Below, one piece after another: positions 47,125 through 55,174 of a stretch of DNA of 64,000 nt. The notes under the pieces were generated by a model that was not told the DNA's origin, searched no databases, and saw only the letters and a list, made by a program, of their open reading frames with translations. The stretch is from a virus. Position 1 is the stretch's first letter; the number at the start of each line of letters is the position of its first letter. Location of the stretch: positions 42,689-106,688 of the IMG/VR virus record IMGVR_UViG_3300031715_000001, one strand, 5' to 3'. Both the position numbers and the translations under genes were made by a program.

Positions 47125-47799
47125 TTAGAATACGACAGTGCCTTCGCTATAGACGGTGTAAGCCGGATTGATCACGTTGGTGATCACCACCCGGAAGCGT
47201 TTGCTGTTGTTCTGCGCCACGGTAACGGTGCCGACAATCGTCGCGCCCGTACCAGCCACCAAGGTAATGGCGAACGCGCCGGCCGAAGAGTTGAGAATCG
47301 TGAACTCGAAGCTCTGGTCGATGAAGGGCGTGCAATAAGACCCGATCGAGGCCAGCAGAAGCGTTGCCGTCGGCAGGGTATAGTTGGCCGCGGCGGTAGG
47401 AACCCCGAGAATCAGGATGCCCAACAGTTGCTCGGGCGTCAGAGTGACGGTGCCGATCAGATTGGCGATGTTGACGGTCTCGAATGAGGGCGTGAGGCGG
47501 CTGTAAAGCCCGAGACCTTGCTCCATGAAGGGCGGAAAGTCTTTTTCAGCTCCAGCCCAGACCAGCGCGCCGGCGCCGTGATAGCGGGCCGCCGATCCGA
47601 GTACCCCGCGGTTGGTCGCTACGATGAAATTCACGGGATCGACGATGGAATCGACTTCCAGGCCTTCGCGTCCGATCCAGAGGATGGTCCGGTTGGATTT
47701 GTTAGGTCCGGGAGCGGTAATGCCAGTGAGCGACCCCAGGGTGACGTTCTTGTCGGTGGGCTGAATGGTCGAGGTGAGAGAGGTGACTACGATAGACAT
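47125..47799 (-). CDS. capsid decoration/cement-like protein
   Basis: Immediately after the capsid gene with AAGGAG RBS; NYTLPTA...F.FTILN...ITLVAGTG motif. Confidence 0.6.
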   Translation of the reverse strand: MSIVVTSLTSTIQPTDKNVTLGSLTGITAPGPNKSNRTILWIGREGLEVDSIVDPVNFIVATNRGVLGSAARYHGAGALVWAGAEKDFPPFMEQGLGLYSRLTPSFETVNIANLIGTVTLTPEQLLGILILGVPTAAANYTLPTATLLLASIGSYCTPFIDQSFEFTILNSSAGAFAITLVAGTGATIVGTVTVAQNNSKRFRVVITNVINPAYTVYSEGTVVF

Positions 47800-47845
47800 G
47801 ATTGGTTGTTCTCCTTATTTGCTGTCTTTTCTTCAAGCCCGCTTT

Positions 47846-49105
47846 TTACAGCGAGCAGATCAGACAAGCCTTTCTCGATTGGCCAACCAGCGTGCCCAAA
47901 AGCATGTCTAGCCGTGTGACCACCTCGCCCGACATCACATCGGAAGCGCGCCAGACGCGCATCCCGATCTTCATGATCTTCGAGCGCGTGCGCCCGGAGA
48001 GTTTGTCGACGTCGGCCGGAAGCACGAGGTTCGGTGAGGCGTAAACCAGCGCCGATTTGTGCATGGCGATTCCCACCGTGAAAGTGATGCTGGAGATGGC
48101 GTTCATCGTGGCGCCGGTGGGTTGGCCCCAGATGAATACGGGAGCGTTGGCGGCCGGAAGCGCGGAAACGTTGGCGTAAGCGGTGCCGAACTCGATTGCC
48201 TCGGTGAGGGTAACGGTCACGGTCCCGGTGTTCGAGGAATTACAGGCGGCCGCAACGGTGAAAGCCTGCAGATCGCCTGGATAGACGACACCCAAGACCG
48301 GGTGCACCATGGCGCAGCCGGTAAACTGCAGCTTGTCGCCTTGCAGAAGGACGCCGGTGATGCTGTTCGCAAAACCGGAGAGGTTGATCGAAGTGCCGGA
48401 TTGATTGGCTCCAGCAACAAGCGGAACCGCGCCGGTGAAATTACCGGTGGTTTGCTGATAGAGCGCCTGTTCCATGTACCAGGTCGCTCCGCCGAATTCT
48501 CCCATCTTGCCGGCCATCGAACCAGTCCGATAGCGTTCGCTGATTTCGGCGGTGGGGTTGAAGAACGTGCGTCCGGTCGCGGTCGCCTTCTGATCCATCG
48601 CGGCGTCGACCAGGATGTGTCTTACTCCGCCCATGCCGGCGGGCGTTCCACCTTGACTCAGTAGCCGGTGGGCGTCTTGGTAGACATCGAGCGAGGTCGG
48701 TACGACGCCCGGAGTACCTACGAAATTCGAAACGCCGAGCGCCATGGTCTGAGTGGCGGATTTCGCGGCGGCGGCCCCGATGGCGTCCACGTGGGGCTCG
48801 AGGACTTGTTCTTTGAAGTCGTTCAATTCCATCGACAGCATGCGGTCGGTCAAAAGTGAGTCCGAACCGAAGGCGGGAGGAATGACCATTGTGACCAGGC
48901 GCTCGTCGATGGCCTGGGGTTGTGCGCGCTCTCCGCGGCGCGATTGCATGTAAACGGGCAACCGGATGGCGATCGTATCGCCTTTTACCGGAGAATTCGC
49001 CCATTGGGGATCGTAGCGGCCGTCTGCCAATTGCAGGATGACGGAATTCTGGCTATACCGCTCCATCGCTTCGTCGAGGATGATGTCGCTAGTTAATAGA
49101 GGCAA
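47846..49105 (-). CDS. major capsid protein (P22 coat gp5 family)
   Basis: KGDTIAIRLP, FFNPTAEISERY, LLQGDKLQF, TRLDMLLG motifs; follows the scaffold gene. Confidence 0.85.
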   Translation of the reverse strand: MPLLTSDIILDEAMERYSQNSVILQLADGRYDPQWANSPVKGDTIAIRLPVYMQSRRGERAQPQAIDERLVTMVIPPAFGSDSLLTDRMLSMELNDFKEQVLEPHVDAIGAAAAKSATQTMALGVSNFVGTPGVVPTSLDVYQDAHRLLSQGGTPAGMGGVRHILVDAAMDQKATATGRTFFNPTAEISERYRTGSMAGKMGEFGGATWYMEQALYQQTTGNFTGAVPLVAGANQSGTSINLSGFANSITGVLLQGDKLQFTGCAMVHPVLGVVYPGDLQAFTVAAACNSSNTGTVTVTLTEAIEFGTAYANVSALPAANAPVFIWGQPTGATMNAISSITFTVGIAMHKSALVYASPNLVLPADVDKLSGRTRSKIMKIGMRVWRASDVMSGEVVTRLDMLLGTLVGQSRKACLICSL

Positions 49106-49192
49106 GTGAGGTCTCCCGAGTTCAGGCGCGCTTCAAGCGGCCCGAGAATTGGGGAGCGAAGGATCGAGTCTTCGGTAGCCTGGGGACGAACC

Positions 49193-50473
49193 CTACATCT
49201 CTCCGCGTTCCTTGCGCAGTTTGCGCCGGGCGTCGGAGTCCATGGGGTCTACATCTTCCGGTTTCAAAGTCGGTGCCGCGCTGCGACCCTTAATGGGCGT
49301 GGGCGACGGCTCTTCTCTCCGGGGTGGCTGGTTGGGTGAAGTCTGCTGGGGGGCCGCTGCTGCAGCAGCTGCGGCAAGCGGGGGAACTGCGGCGACTGGC
49401 GCGGCTGGCGGTTTGGTTTCGCTCTTGAGCTTATAGCGGAAAATGGCGATCTCCTGAGCGGCGACGTAAAGCGCTTGCGATACCTCGTCCGGCGTCTTGG
49501 GATCTCCTACTTTCTTGACTATTTCTTCCAGTTCCGCTTGATGAGCGGGTTGAGCGAGCTCGTACGCCAGTTCAAGTCCATCGGGCAACGACTCTACGAG
49601 CAGGTGCCGCATGATTTTGTTGGTATTGTCCCGGCCGAAGTTGGCGGCGTCGGTTTCCCTGTCGAAGTTGGGATGCGCCTGACGCACATCGCTCAACCTC
49701 TTGGTGATACCTTCGTTACGCTTGACTTCGGTCTGGCGCTGCGTGTCGCGTTCGCGCTGGGCCGTATCCACCCGCTGTTTCTCGGTTTGATCGAAAGCTC
49801 GCCTCTTATCGTTCCAGTCGACTAGCTTCTCGGTGTACTCGGTACGCGCTTCCTCGAGCGCCGCTACCGGGTCGTCCTGATCGGCATAATCTTCCAGTTT
49901 GGGCCGGGCGGGTCTCGCTTCGGAGAATTCAACGGGCTTAATGGGCTCTTCTGCTTTGGCGGGTTCCTTTGCGGGCGTAGCTGCGGGTTGAGGAGTAGCT
50001 ACCAGCGATGACGGGGTAGATGGTTGTGCCACCCGCGCCCGTAATTCGGCAATCGTAGCTTCCTGGACCGCAAGCTTGCGCGCATCCTCGGATCTGGCCG
50101 TTTCGAGTTCATGCAGCCGTTTGGTACGTTTGGCGTGTCTCCCTAGCTTTTCTTCATCAGATTTGGTCGATTCGGCCTGATATTCAGCTCGTGTTTCTGC
50201 GTCGATCGCTTCGTGCTCCTCGGCAGCGGGCGCGCCGGCGGCAGGTACTGCCTTTTCAGGGGCAGGTGGTGCTGCAGCGCTCTTGTCTGGCTCGGGGGGT
50301 GCGGGCGTCTTCGGTTCGGCTGGCTTATCGGCCGGTTGGTGCTGTTCTTCCCCCGACTCTTCGACTTGGACGTCGTAGCCCTTGTCCTTAAAGTGGGCAA
50401 GCGTTGCCGCCTGTTCCTCGGGGGATTGTTCTACGGCGTTCTCAAATGTTCTGTCGTCTAAAGCAGAGGGCAT
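49193..50473 (-). CDS. scaffolding protein
   Basis: Acidic, Pro-rich and coiled-coil composition; RPKLEDY and GLELAYELA motifs; upstream of the capsid gene. Confidence 0.75.
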   Translation of the reverse strand: MPSALDDRTFENAVEQSPEEQAATLAHFKDKGYDVQVEESGEEQHQPADKPAEPKTPAPPEPDKSAAAPPAPEKAVPAAGAPAAEEHEAIDAETRAEYQAESTKSDEEKLGRHAKRTKRLHELETARSEDARKLAVQEATIAELRARVAQPSTPSSLVATPQPAATPAKEPAKAEEPIKPVEFSEARPARPKLEDYADQDDPVAALEEARTEYTEKLVDWNDKRRAFDQTEKQRVDTAQRERDTQRQTEVKRNEGITKRLSDVRQAHPNFDRETDAANFGRDNTNKIMRHLLVESLPDGLELAYELAQPAHQAELEEIVKKVGDPKTPDEVSQALYVAAQEIAIFRYKLKSETKPPAAPVAAVPPLAAAAAAAAPQQTSPNQPPRREEPSPTPIKGRSAAPTLKPEDVDPMDSDARRKLRKERGEM

Positions 50474-50507
50474 TTTCCTATGTCAAGAGTGAGGCATGAA
50501 ACGCGGT

Positions 50508-50762
50508 TTACCTAGGATTGGCCGGTAATACATGCCGATGTGAATTGGCTTGTATCCGCGCTACTTCCGAGTGCATGACACGCGCGATCAGTCCAATTTC
50601 GGAATCCTGGACGTGCATGCGATGGTCCCGGCCGTCCCGCCAGCGATGGGAGCCGCATTCCGGACACCGCCGGCACTCCGGGCGTCCATTGCGTTTCTTC
50701 CACCAGTGGCGGCAGATGTGACAAGTACGTAGTAATGAATCGATCATCAGGCGTCGTTCCAT
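50508..50762 (-). CDS. zinc-ribbon protein
   Basis: CHICRHWW...RCPECGSHRW motif. Confidence 0.5.
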   Translation of the reverse strand: MERRLMIDSLLRTCHICRHWWKKRNGRPECRRCPECGSHRWRDGRDHRMHVQDSEIGLIARVMHSEVARIQANSHRHVLPANPR

Positions 50763-50986
50763 CCATCGCTGCGTTTGCGCCGCTTCTTCACACGGAGTCT
50801 CCGGTAGCCGTATTTCTGCTTGGGCGGCACTGTGTGCTCCGGTAAATCCGATTCCTTGGTTGCGGCGAAGTCGTGGAGTTGCTGGTGTGGCATCTTCAGC
50901 AATCCTTTATTGCGTGCGTAGAGTTGCTCCGGATGGTGCTCCGCGATCGCCATCACGGTTCGCTGTGCTTTGCTTATGGATGGCAC
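50747..50986 (-). CDS. DUF3008-like small phage protein
   Basis: MPSISKAQR...LHDFAATKESDLPE pattern; AAGGA RBS. Confidence 0.65.
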   Translation of the reverse strand: MPSISKAQRTVMAIAEHHPEQLYARNKGLLKMPHQQLHDFAATKESDLPEHTVPPKQKYGYRRLRVKKRRKRSDGWNDA

Positions 50987-51085
50987 GGTGTTTTTCCTTC
51001 TGCCACTGAGATTAAGTACTGCGAAAAACCGTGTTCGGTACTAATTGGAGATGACACGCGGGTTAAAAGCGCATAGCATTGAGCA

Positions 51086-51892
51086 ATGCCAATCCAGAAT
51101 ACGAAGGTCTGCACGAAGTGTGGTCGCGAATTGCCCACATCATCTTTCTGGGTTACCAAAACGCGGAACAACTATATTCACGCACGCTGCAAGGACTGTG
51201 ACATTAGCGCCAAGCGCTCCACCGTGCGAGAGTTTAATCGTTCCGCCGCCCTCTGTGAGAATGGGCACGACGATTGGCAAGTCAACGCGAATGGATTCCG
51301 CTATTGCGTAACGTGCAAGCGTGCTGCTGGTAAGCCGCTATCCAGAAAAGAGCACAACAAACGGCAGGCTCAAAGAAAGCGGAATCTTGCTTCGAAACGC
51401 GGTCACCCATTGTGCGCTTGTGGTTGCGGCGACCGGGTGGTTATCGAAAGTTCTAGATTTCTCAAAGGACACGGACGGGATCCTTGGACTTTATGCGCAA
51501 ATGGGCATTTGCTTTCGGAGACTCGGAAAAGGCACCCCAACGGGGATACCTTTTGCTCTGTTTGTAGAAATGGGCGCTCGAAGAAGTTTGCGGAGGATCA
51601 TAGGGATAGGCTTCCAGCGTACAACCGAAAATCCAAGATCAAACGATCTTATGGCCTGACCACGCGAGACTTTGAGGCCCTCCTCGAATCCCAGGGCGGG
51701 GTATGCGCCATCTGCGGCGGCCAAGATTGGGGTTTTCGCGGTCCCCATATCGATCATGACCATAAGACCGATAAGATTCGCGGCGTTCTCTGCCATCGGT
51801 GCAACACAGGGCTTGGACTCCTGCGCGATAGCGAAGATATTCTAATGAAGGCCATATCCTATTTGGCCAGCCGAAATCAGCGAGCCGCCTGA
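51086..51892 (+). CDS. free-standing endonuclease VII-family HNH endonuclease
   Basis: C-terminal QGGVCAICG...HIDHDHKTDKIRGVLCHRCNTGLG motif; several CxNGH/CxxC modules. Confidence 0.85.
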   Translation: MPIQNTKVCTKCGRELPTSSFWVTKTRNNYIHARCKDCDISAKRSTVREFNRSAALCENGHDDWQVNANGFRYCVTCKRAAGKPLSRKEHNKRQAQRKRNLASKRGHPLCACGCGDRVVIESSRFLKGHGRDPWTLCANGHLLSETRKRHPNGDTFCSVCRNGRSKKFAEDHRDRLPAYNRKSKIKRSYGLTTRDFEALLESQGGVCAICGGQDWGFRGPHIDHDHKTDKIRGVLCHRCNTGLGLLRDSEDILMKAISYLASRNQRAA

Positions 51893-51919
51893 AACCGCCC
51901 TTGCCGGGGAGAAGAGGCA

Positions 51920-52345
51920 TTACGCCATCGTCACGCCTTGGAGGTTGACGACTTTCCACTTTCCGTTGTATGCCACTAGCTCGATGCCGCCGCCCGCATT
52001 AGCCGCAAACGTCGCGGTGTTCACATGCGCTGCTCCGTCCTGGAATAGTCCCGTGGCGGTGATAACGTGGGCTTGGGCGGTATCGCTGGTGAAGACCAGC
52101 CTGACTCCGTCGTCCCCATTGGCTGACTGCGCGCCAGCGGTAGGGGCCGGAAGCGTGATGGCGCAGGCCCCGGCGGCGTAGGTGATCACGTAAACCGCCG
52201 AAACATGCTGATTGATGAGCGCCGTAGAGAGCGGGAGCGGAATTGGGAAATAAGGCACTTGCCCGAGAGCAACCGCCTTGACTACCTTGATGGCATCGTT
52301 GGCGATAACACCGCCATCTTGCTGGACTTTCACATTGAGGGACAT
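51920..52345 (-). CDS. virion structural (decoration-like) protein
   Basis: AAGGAG RBS; AITLPAPTAG...IELVAYNGKWKV motif. Confidence 0.6.
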   Translation of the reverse strand: MSLNVKVQQDGGVIANDAIKVVKAVALGQVPYFPIPLPLSTALINQHVSAVYVITYAAGACAITLPAPTAGAQSANGDDGVRLVFTSDTAQAHVITATGLFQDGAAHVNTATFAANAGGGIELVAYNGKWKVVNLQGVTMA

Positions 52346-52512
52346 TTTAGATTTCTCCTTTGAATTCGAATTGGGATGAGTAGGGGCTTTGCGGGCGCCA
52401 CGTCGGCGCAGCACGCAGTCTATGGGTTGCTTCATTTATTTCACGAACCGAGATCTGAGGGGCACCCATCTTCGGTCGATGCCGCCGAGCGCGTTGGGGA
52501 TTTGCGGTCCGG

Positions 52513-52812
52513 TTACCTGGGCTTGGTGGTCCTACAGTTGCAATCGAAGGTGTCCCAGATGGCGCAGTCTTTGTGATGCGTGACCATACCGTGTGCAGCG
52601 GCGCGCTCTACCTGACGCGCCGCCGCTCCCAGAAAAAGCGCTGTCGTGGTGGGGTCTTCTGAAACCGCGATGCCGTGCATGTCGATCTCGCCGTTGCTCA
52701 TGAAGGCGTGGTCGTAGCCGGCTGCTTTCAGTTTCAGTTTGATCTCCTGGTATGCATCCGAAGAGACTTCCAGTACCACGTAGGTGTGTGTGTTATGCAT
52801 CGTTCCATCCAT
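52513..52812 (-). CDS. conserved-looking phage hypothetical protein
   Basis: THTYVVLEVS..AY.EI..KL..AGYDHAF...IDMHGIA. Confidence 0.55.
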   Translation of the reverse strand: MDGTMHNTHTYVVLEVSSDAYQEIKLKLKAAGYDHAFMSNGEIDMHGIAVSEDPTTTALFLGAAARQVERAAAHGMVTHHKDCAIWDTFDCNCRTTKPR

Positions 52813-53272
52813 CGCTGTGTTGCTTTTTTACGCGTATAACCGCGTGCGCTTTTCGTCCGCCCGCAATCAACTGAATCAGAGCCGGGGTCGTCAGCTTAGC
52901 GCGCTTCGGATCCGCTTCCCAGAGATTGCAGCAACCCATTGGGTCGATCTTGCCCGGTGTTGCCCCCGGTGACCGCTTATCCACGCGCTTGCAATCGTCG
53001 GGCGCTTCTAATTCCTCGCAACGCCGGCACCCGAACCCTGGTTTATTCTCGACGTATCCGGTTTCGATTCGGGTCTTGTCGTGATTGCCTTCGATCCGTC
53101 CCTTGCTTAGATCTTTCCAGTCGTTGCATCCGCCGAATGGCTTCACGTCTTCATCAGACTTTACGTAGTCGGTGCACTTCCCTTTAGAAGAGATGAAGGC
53201 ACACTCACTACAGTGCAGTTCGCATCCGGAGGCAAGAATGTACCCGGCTTCTGCTTTCGTGAGTTTTTCCAA
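52793..53272 (-). CDS. tandem HiPIP-like (putative Fe-S) Cys-rich protein
   Basis: Two copies of GY...CxxC...C...P.G.C..W. Confidence 0.5.
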   Translation of the reverse strand: MEKLTKAEAGYILASGCELHCSECAFISSKGKCTDYVKSDEDVKPFGGCNDWKDLSKGRIEGNHDKTRIETGYVENKPGFGCRRCEELEAPDDCKRVDKRSPGATPGKIDPMGCCNLWEADPKRAKLTTPALIQLIAGGRKAHAVIRVKKQHSDGWNDA

Positions 53273-53278
53273 TGAGGT

Positions 53279-53614
53279 TTATTCCGTCTCGTGCCGCCCT
53301 GGAGTTGCGGCACGTTGGGGATTCCCGCCTGCCGTGGGGGCCTGTTTCTCTCTTGTGACTTCGGCGAGTTTGCCAGCCTCTTCGTCATCGTACTTAAACG
53401 CGCTCCACTCACAGTGAGCTTTTGCGGCTTCGAGCGTCAGATACGATCTATCCACGCCTGCGACTCTTAGATCTGTGACGAACAGGAGGTGCCCGAAACG
53501 GGGCTCGCAAATCGTGGCGTAACATAGCTGGCTGTTGCGGTCGACTAGATAGTGGACGGTGTACCGCTCTCCATCGGCATCGACCGGCGTAGCCTGCAGC
53601 CATTCAACTTCCAT
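53279..53614 (-). CDS. cassette I cargo, hypothetical protein
   Basis: 111 aa; ends by reading through the hairpin element (NPQRAATPGRHETE). Confidence 0.55.
   Translation of the reverse strand: MEVEWLQATPVDADGERYTVHYLVDRNSQLCYATICEPRFGHLLFVTDLRVAGVDRSYLTLEAAKAHCEWSAFKYDDEEAGKLAEVTREKQAPTAGGNPQRAATPGRHETE
53285..53323 (+). repeat. hairpin element (TTGGGGATT type)
   Basis: CGTCT-cgtgccg-ccctggagttg-cggcacg-TTGGGGATT. Confidence 0.8.
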
Positions 53615-53617
53615 CCG

Positions 53618-53854
53618 CTACTTCTTCCACTTCCGTGCATTGTTGGCGAAGTTGGCCATCTGGCGCACGTGTGCATCATCGGAGTTCAAATCTTTGTCGA
53701 TGGTCGACTGCGGGATCTCTTCCCCTTCAGGCGTCCCCGTATGGGCGCGGTAATCCCCTTCATGGGAAGGTTTGATTTTGATCGGCCCGGCACTCTTATC
53801 GGCGTTAGCCGGTGCCGGCTTGCGCTTCTTGATCAGTTTCACCCGCACCCGCAT
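53618..53854 (-). CDS. small basic phage protein
   Basis: IKIKPSHEG...RQMANFANNARKWKK; GGAG RBS. Confidence 0.6.
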   Translation of the reverse strand: MRVRVKLIKKRKPAPANADKSAGPIKIKPSHEGDYRAHTGTPEGEEIPQSTIDKDLNSDDAHVRQMANFANNARKWKK

Positions 53855-53857
53855 TGG

Positions 53858-54184
53858 CTATTCTCCGTCCGTGGCTGGAGAGGCGGGCGGTGTGTACGGC
53901 TTCTTGGTCTTCATCGGCCCCGCTGGCTGCTCGGTGATCTCATTGCCTGCAGGTTCGCTGTTTGTCGTTCCGGGCGGCACGCCTAAATGCTCGCCAGCAT
54001 GTGCCAATGCTTCCTGGATGGTTGAGAATGATCCGGTGTGCTTACGCATCGGGAAGGGATCTTTCTTCGATCCGGCATTGAGGGTGTGGACGTCGGCTCC
54101 TCCGTTTTCGGCTTTACCGATGTGCACTTCTTTCACTTCGCCGTCGGCGATGGCTTTGGCCTTGGGCTTTACACTGATCTTCAT
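53858..54184 (-). CDS. hypothetical protein
   Basis: AAGGAG RBS; 108-aa ORF in the operon direction. Confidence 0.6.
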   Translation of the reverse strand: MKISVKPKAKAIADGEVKEVHIGKAENGGADVHTLNAGSKKDPFPMRKHTGSFSTIQEALAHAGEHLGVPPGTTNSEPAGNEITEQPAGPMKTKKPYTPPASPATDGE

Positions 54185-54223
54185 GATTTACTCCTTGGGA
54201 TTCTGTTCTTACTGGTTTTGGTG

Positions 54224-54891
54224 CGTTTCGTGCCGCACTGAATTAGCGGCACGTTGGGGATTGGCTCACCGAGCTCCCGCAGCACCTCGCCGGTCTCGGA
54301 ATCGATAAGTTCAATTCGGGTGTAGACGATACCTTCCCGCCAGTCCTTCTCGAAGCGATGAAATCTTATCCCGAGCACTGCGGAAACCTTGGATTCAGCG
54401 CCCATTTGAGAGCGAGCCGCCAATTCCCGAAGGGTCCACGCCGGTAACGGCTAAGCATGTCTCCCGGCTCCATATTCGCTTCTGCCCACCAGACTCTTCG
54501 GCCGTCGATCATCGCAGCGTAAACGCTCGGCTTGCGCTCCTGATAATTAATGGCTTCCGGGTCGCCGATCCACTGCCGAACAACGACCGCACCATCTGAT
54601 CGCGTTCGTATATCGAGATGGGAAAACTGCGATGGATCAATCCTCCCGGACGGCAGGACTTGAATCAATAGCCGGACGAGAAGGTTACGGTAGTGACGGT
54701 CGGCGTACACATCGTAATAGTCAGCCCGTTTGCGTTGGCCCGTGTCATAAGCGCCTGGAGCGAGTTGCTCTTCGTCCCACACCTCGGGCAACAACTGGAT
54801 TGGTAGAATGCTCATTCGGAATTGCCGATAACCGAACTGTCGGGGTACGGGACCTCTTGACCGTGCGCGGGTTCCAGGAGCGCACAGGACG
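54224..54891. mobile_element. hairpin-flanked cassette J (left 54224-54262, right 54828-54891)
   Basis: Left CGTTT-cgtgccg-cactgaattag-cggcacg-TTGGGGATT; right ATAACCGAACTG...cgtgcgc-gggttccagga-gcgcaca-GGACG. Confidence 0.7.
54366..54815 (-). CDS. cassette J cargo, hypothetical protein
   Basis: 149-aa ORF starting just inside the right end. Confidence 0.55.
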   Translation of the reverse strand: MSILPIQLLPEVWDEEQLAPGAYDTGQRKRADYYDVYADRHYRNLLVRLLIQVLPSGRIDPSQFSHLDIRTRSDGAVVVRQWIGDPEAINYQERKPSVYAAMIDGRRVWWAEANMEPGDMLSRYRRGPFGNWRLALKWALNPRFPQCSG

Positions 54892-55174
54892 GAATACTCT
54901 CTTTCGGAACTTCAATCTTCTTTTTTGGTGATGGGAACATCTGCATCCGCATTGCAGTATTGGACACGGCGTGCTGGACCACTTCTTCAAGCGATCGCGG
55001 GCCTTTGGGCTTCTCACTGTGGATCTTGTCCCTCTCGAGCAGCCGGCATTTGGAGGTACAGCGCGGGCAGAAGGGCGTCGGTGATATGACTTCGGCGGCC
55101 TTGCCACCTGGGCGCCAGCTCCTGAAGTCTTTCGAACATCGGTCGCAGATATAGAACGAACGGGTTTCGCTCAT
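54812..55174 (-). CDS. zinc-finger hypothetical protein
   Basis: CDRC...CPRC motif; coupled to the portal stop; 3' end runs through a hairpin element. Confidence 0.5.
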   Translation of the reverse strand: MSETRSFYICDRCSKDFRSWRPGGKAAEVISPTPFCPRCTSKCRLLERDKIHSEKPKGPRSLEEVVQHAVSNTAMRMQMFPSPKKKIEVPKESIPSCALLEPAHGQEVPYPDSSVIGNSE

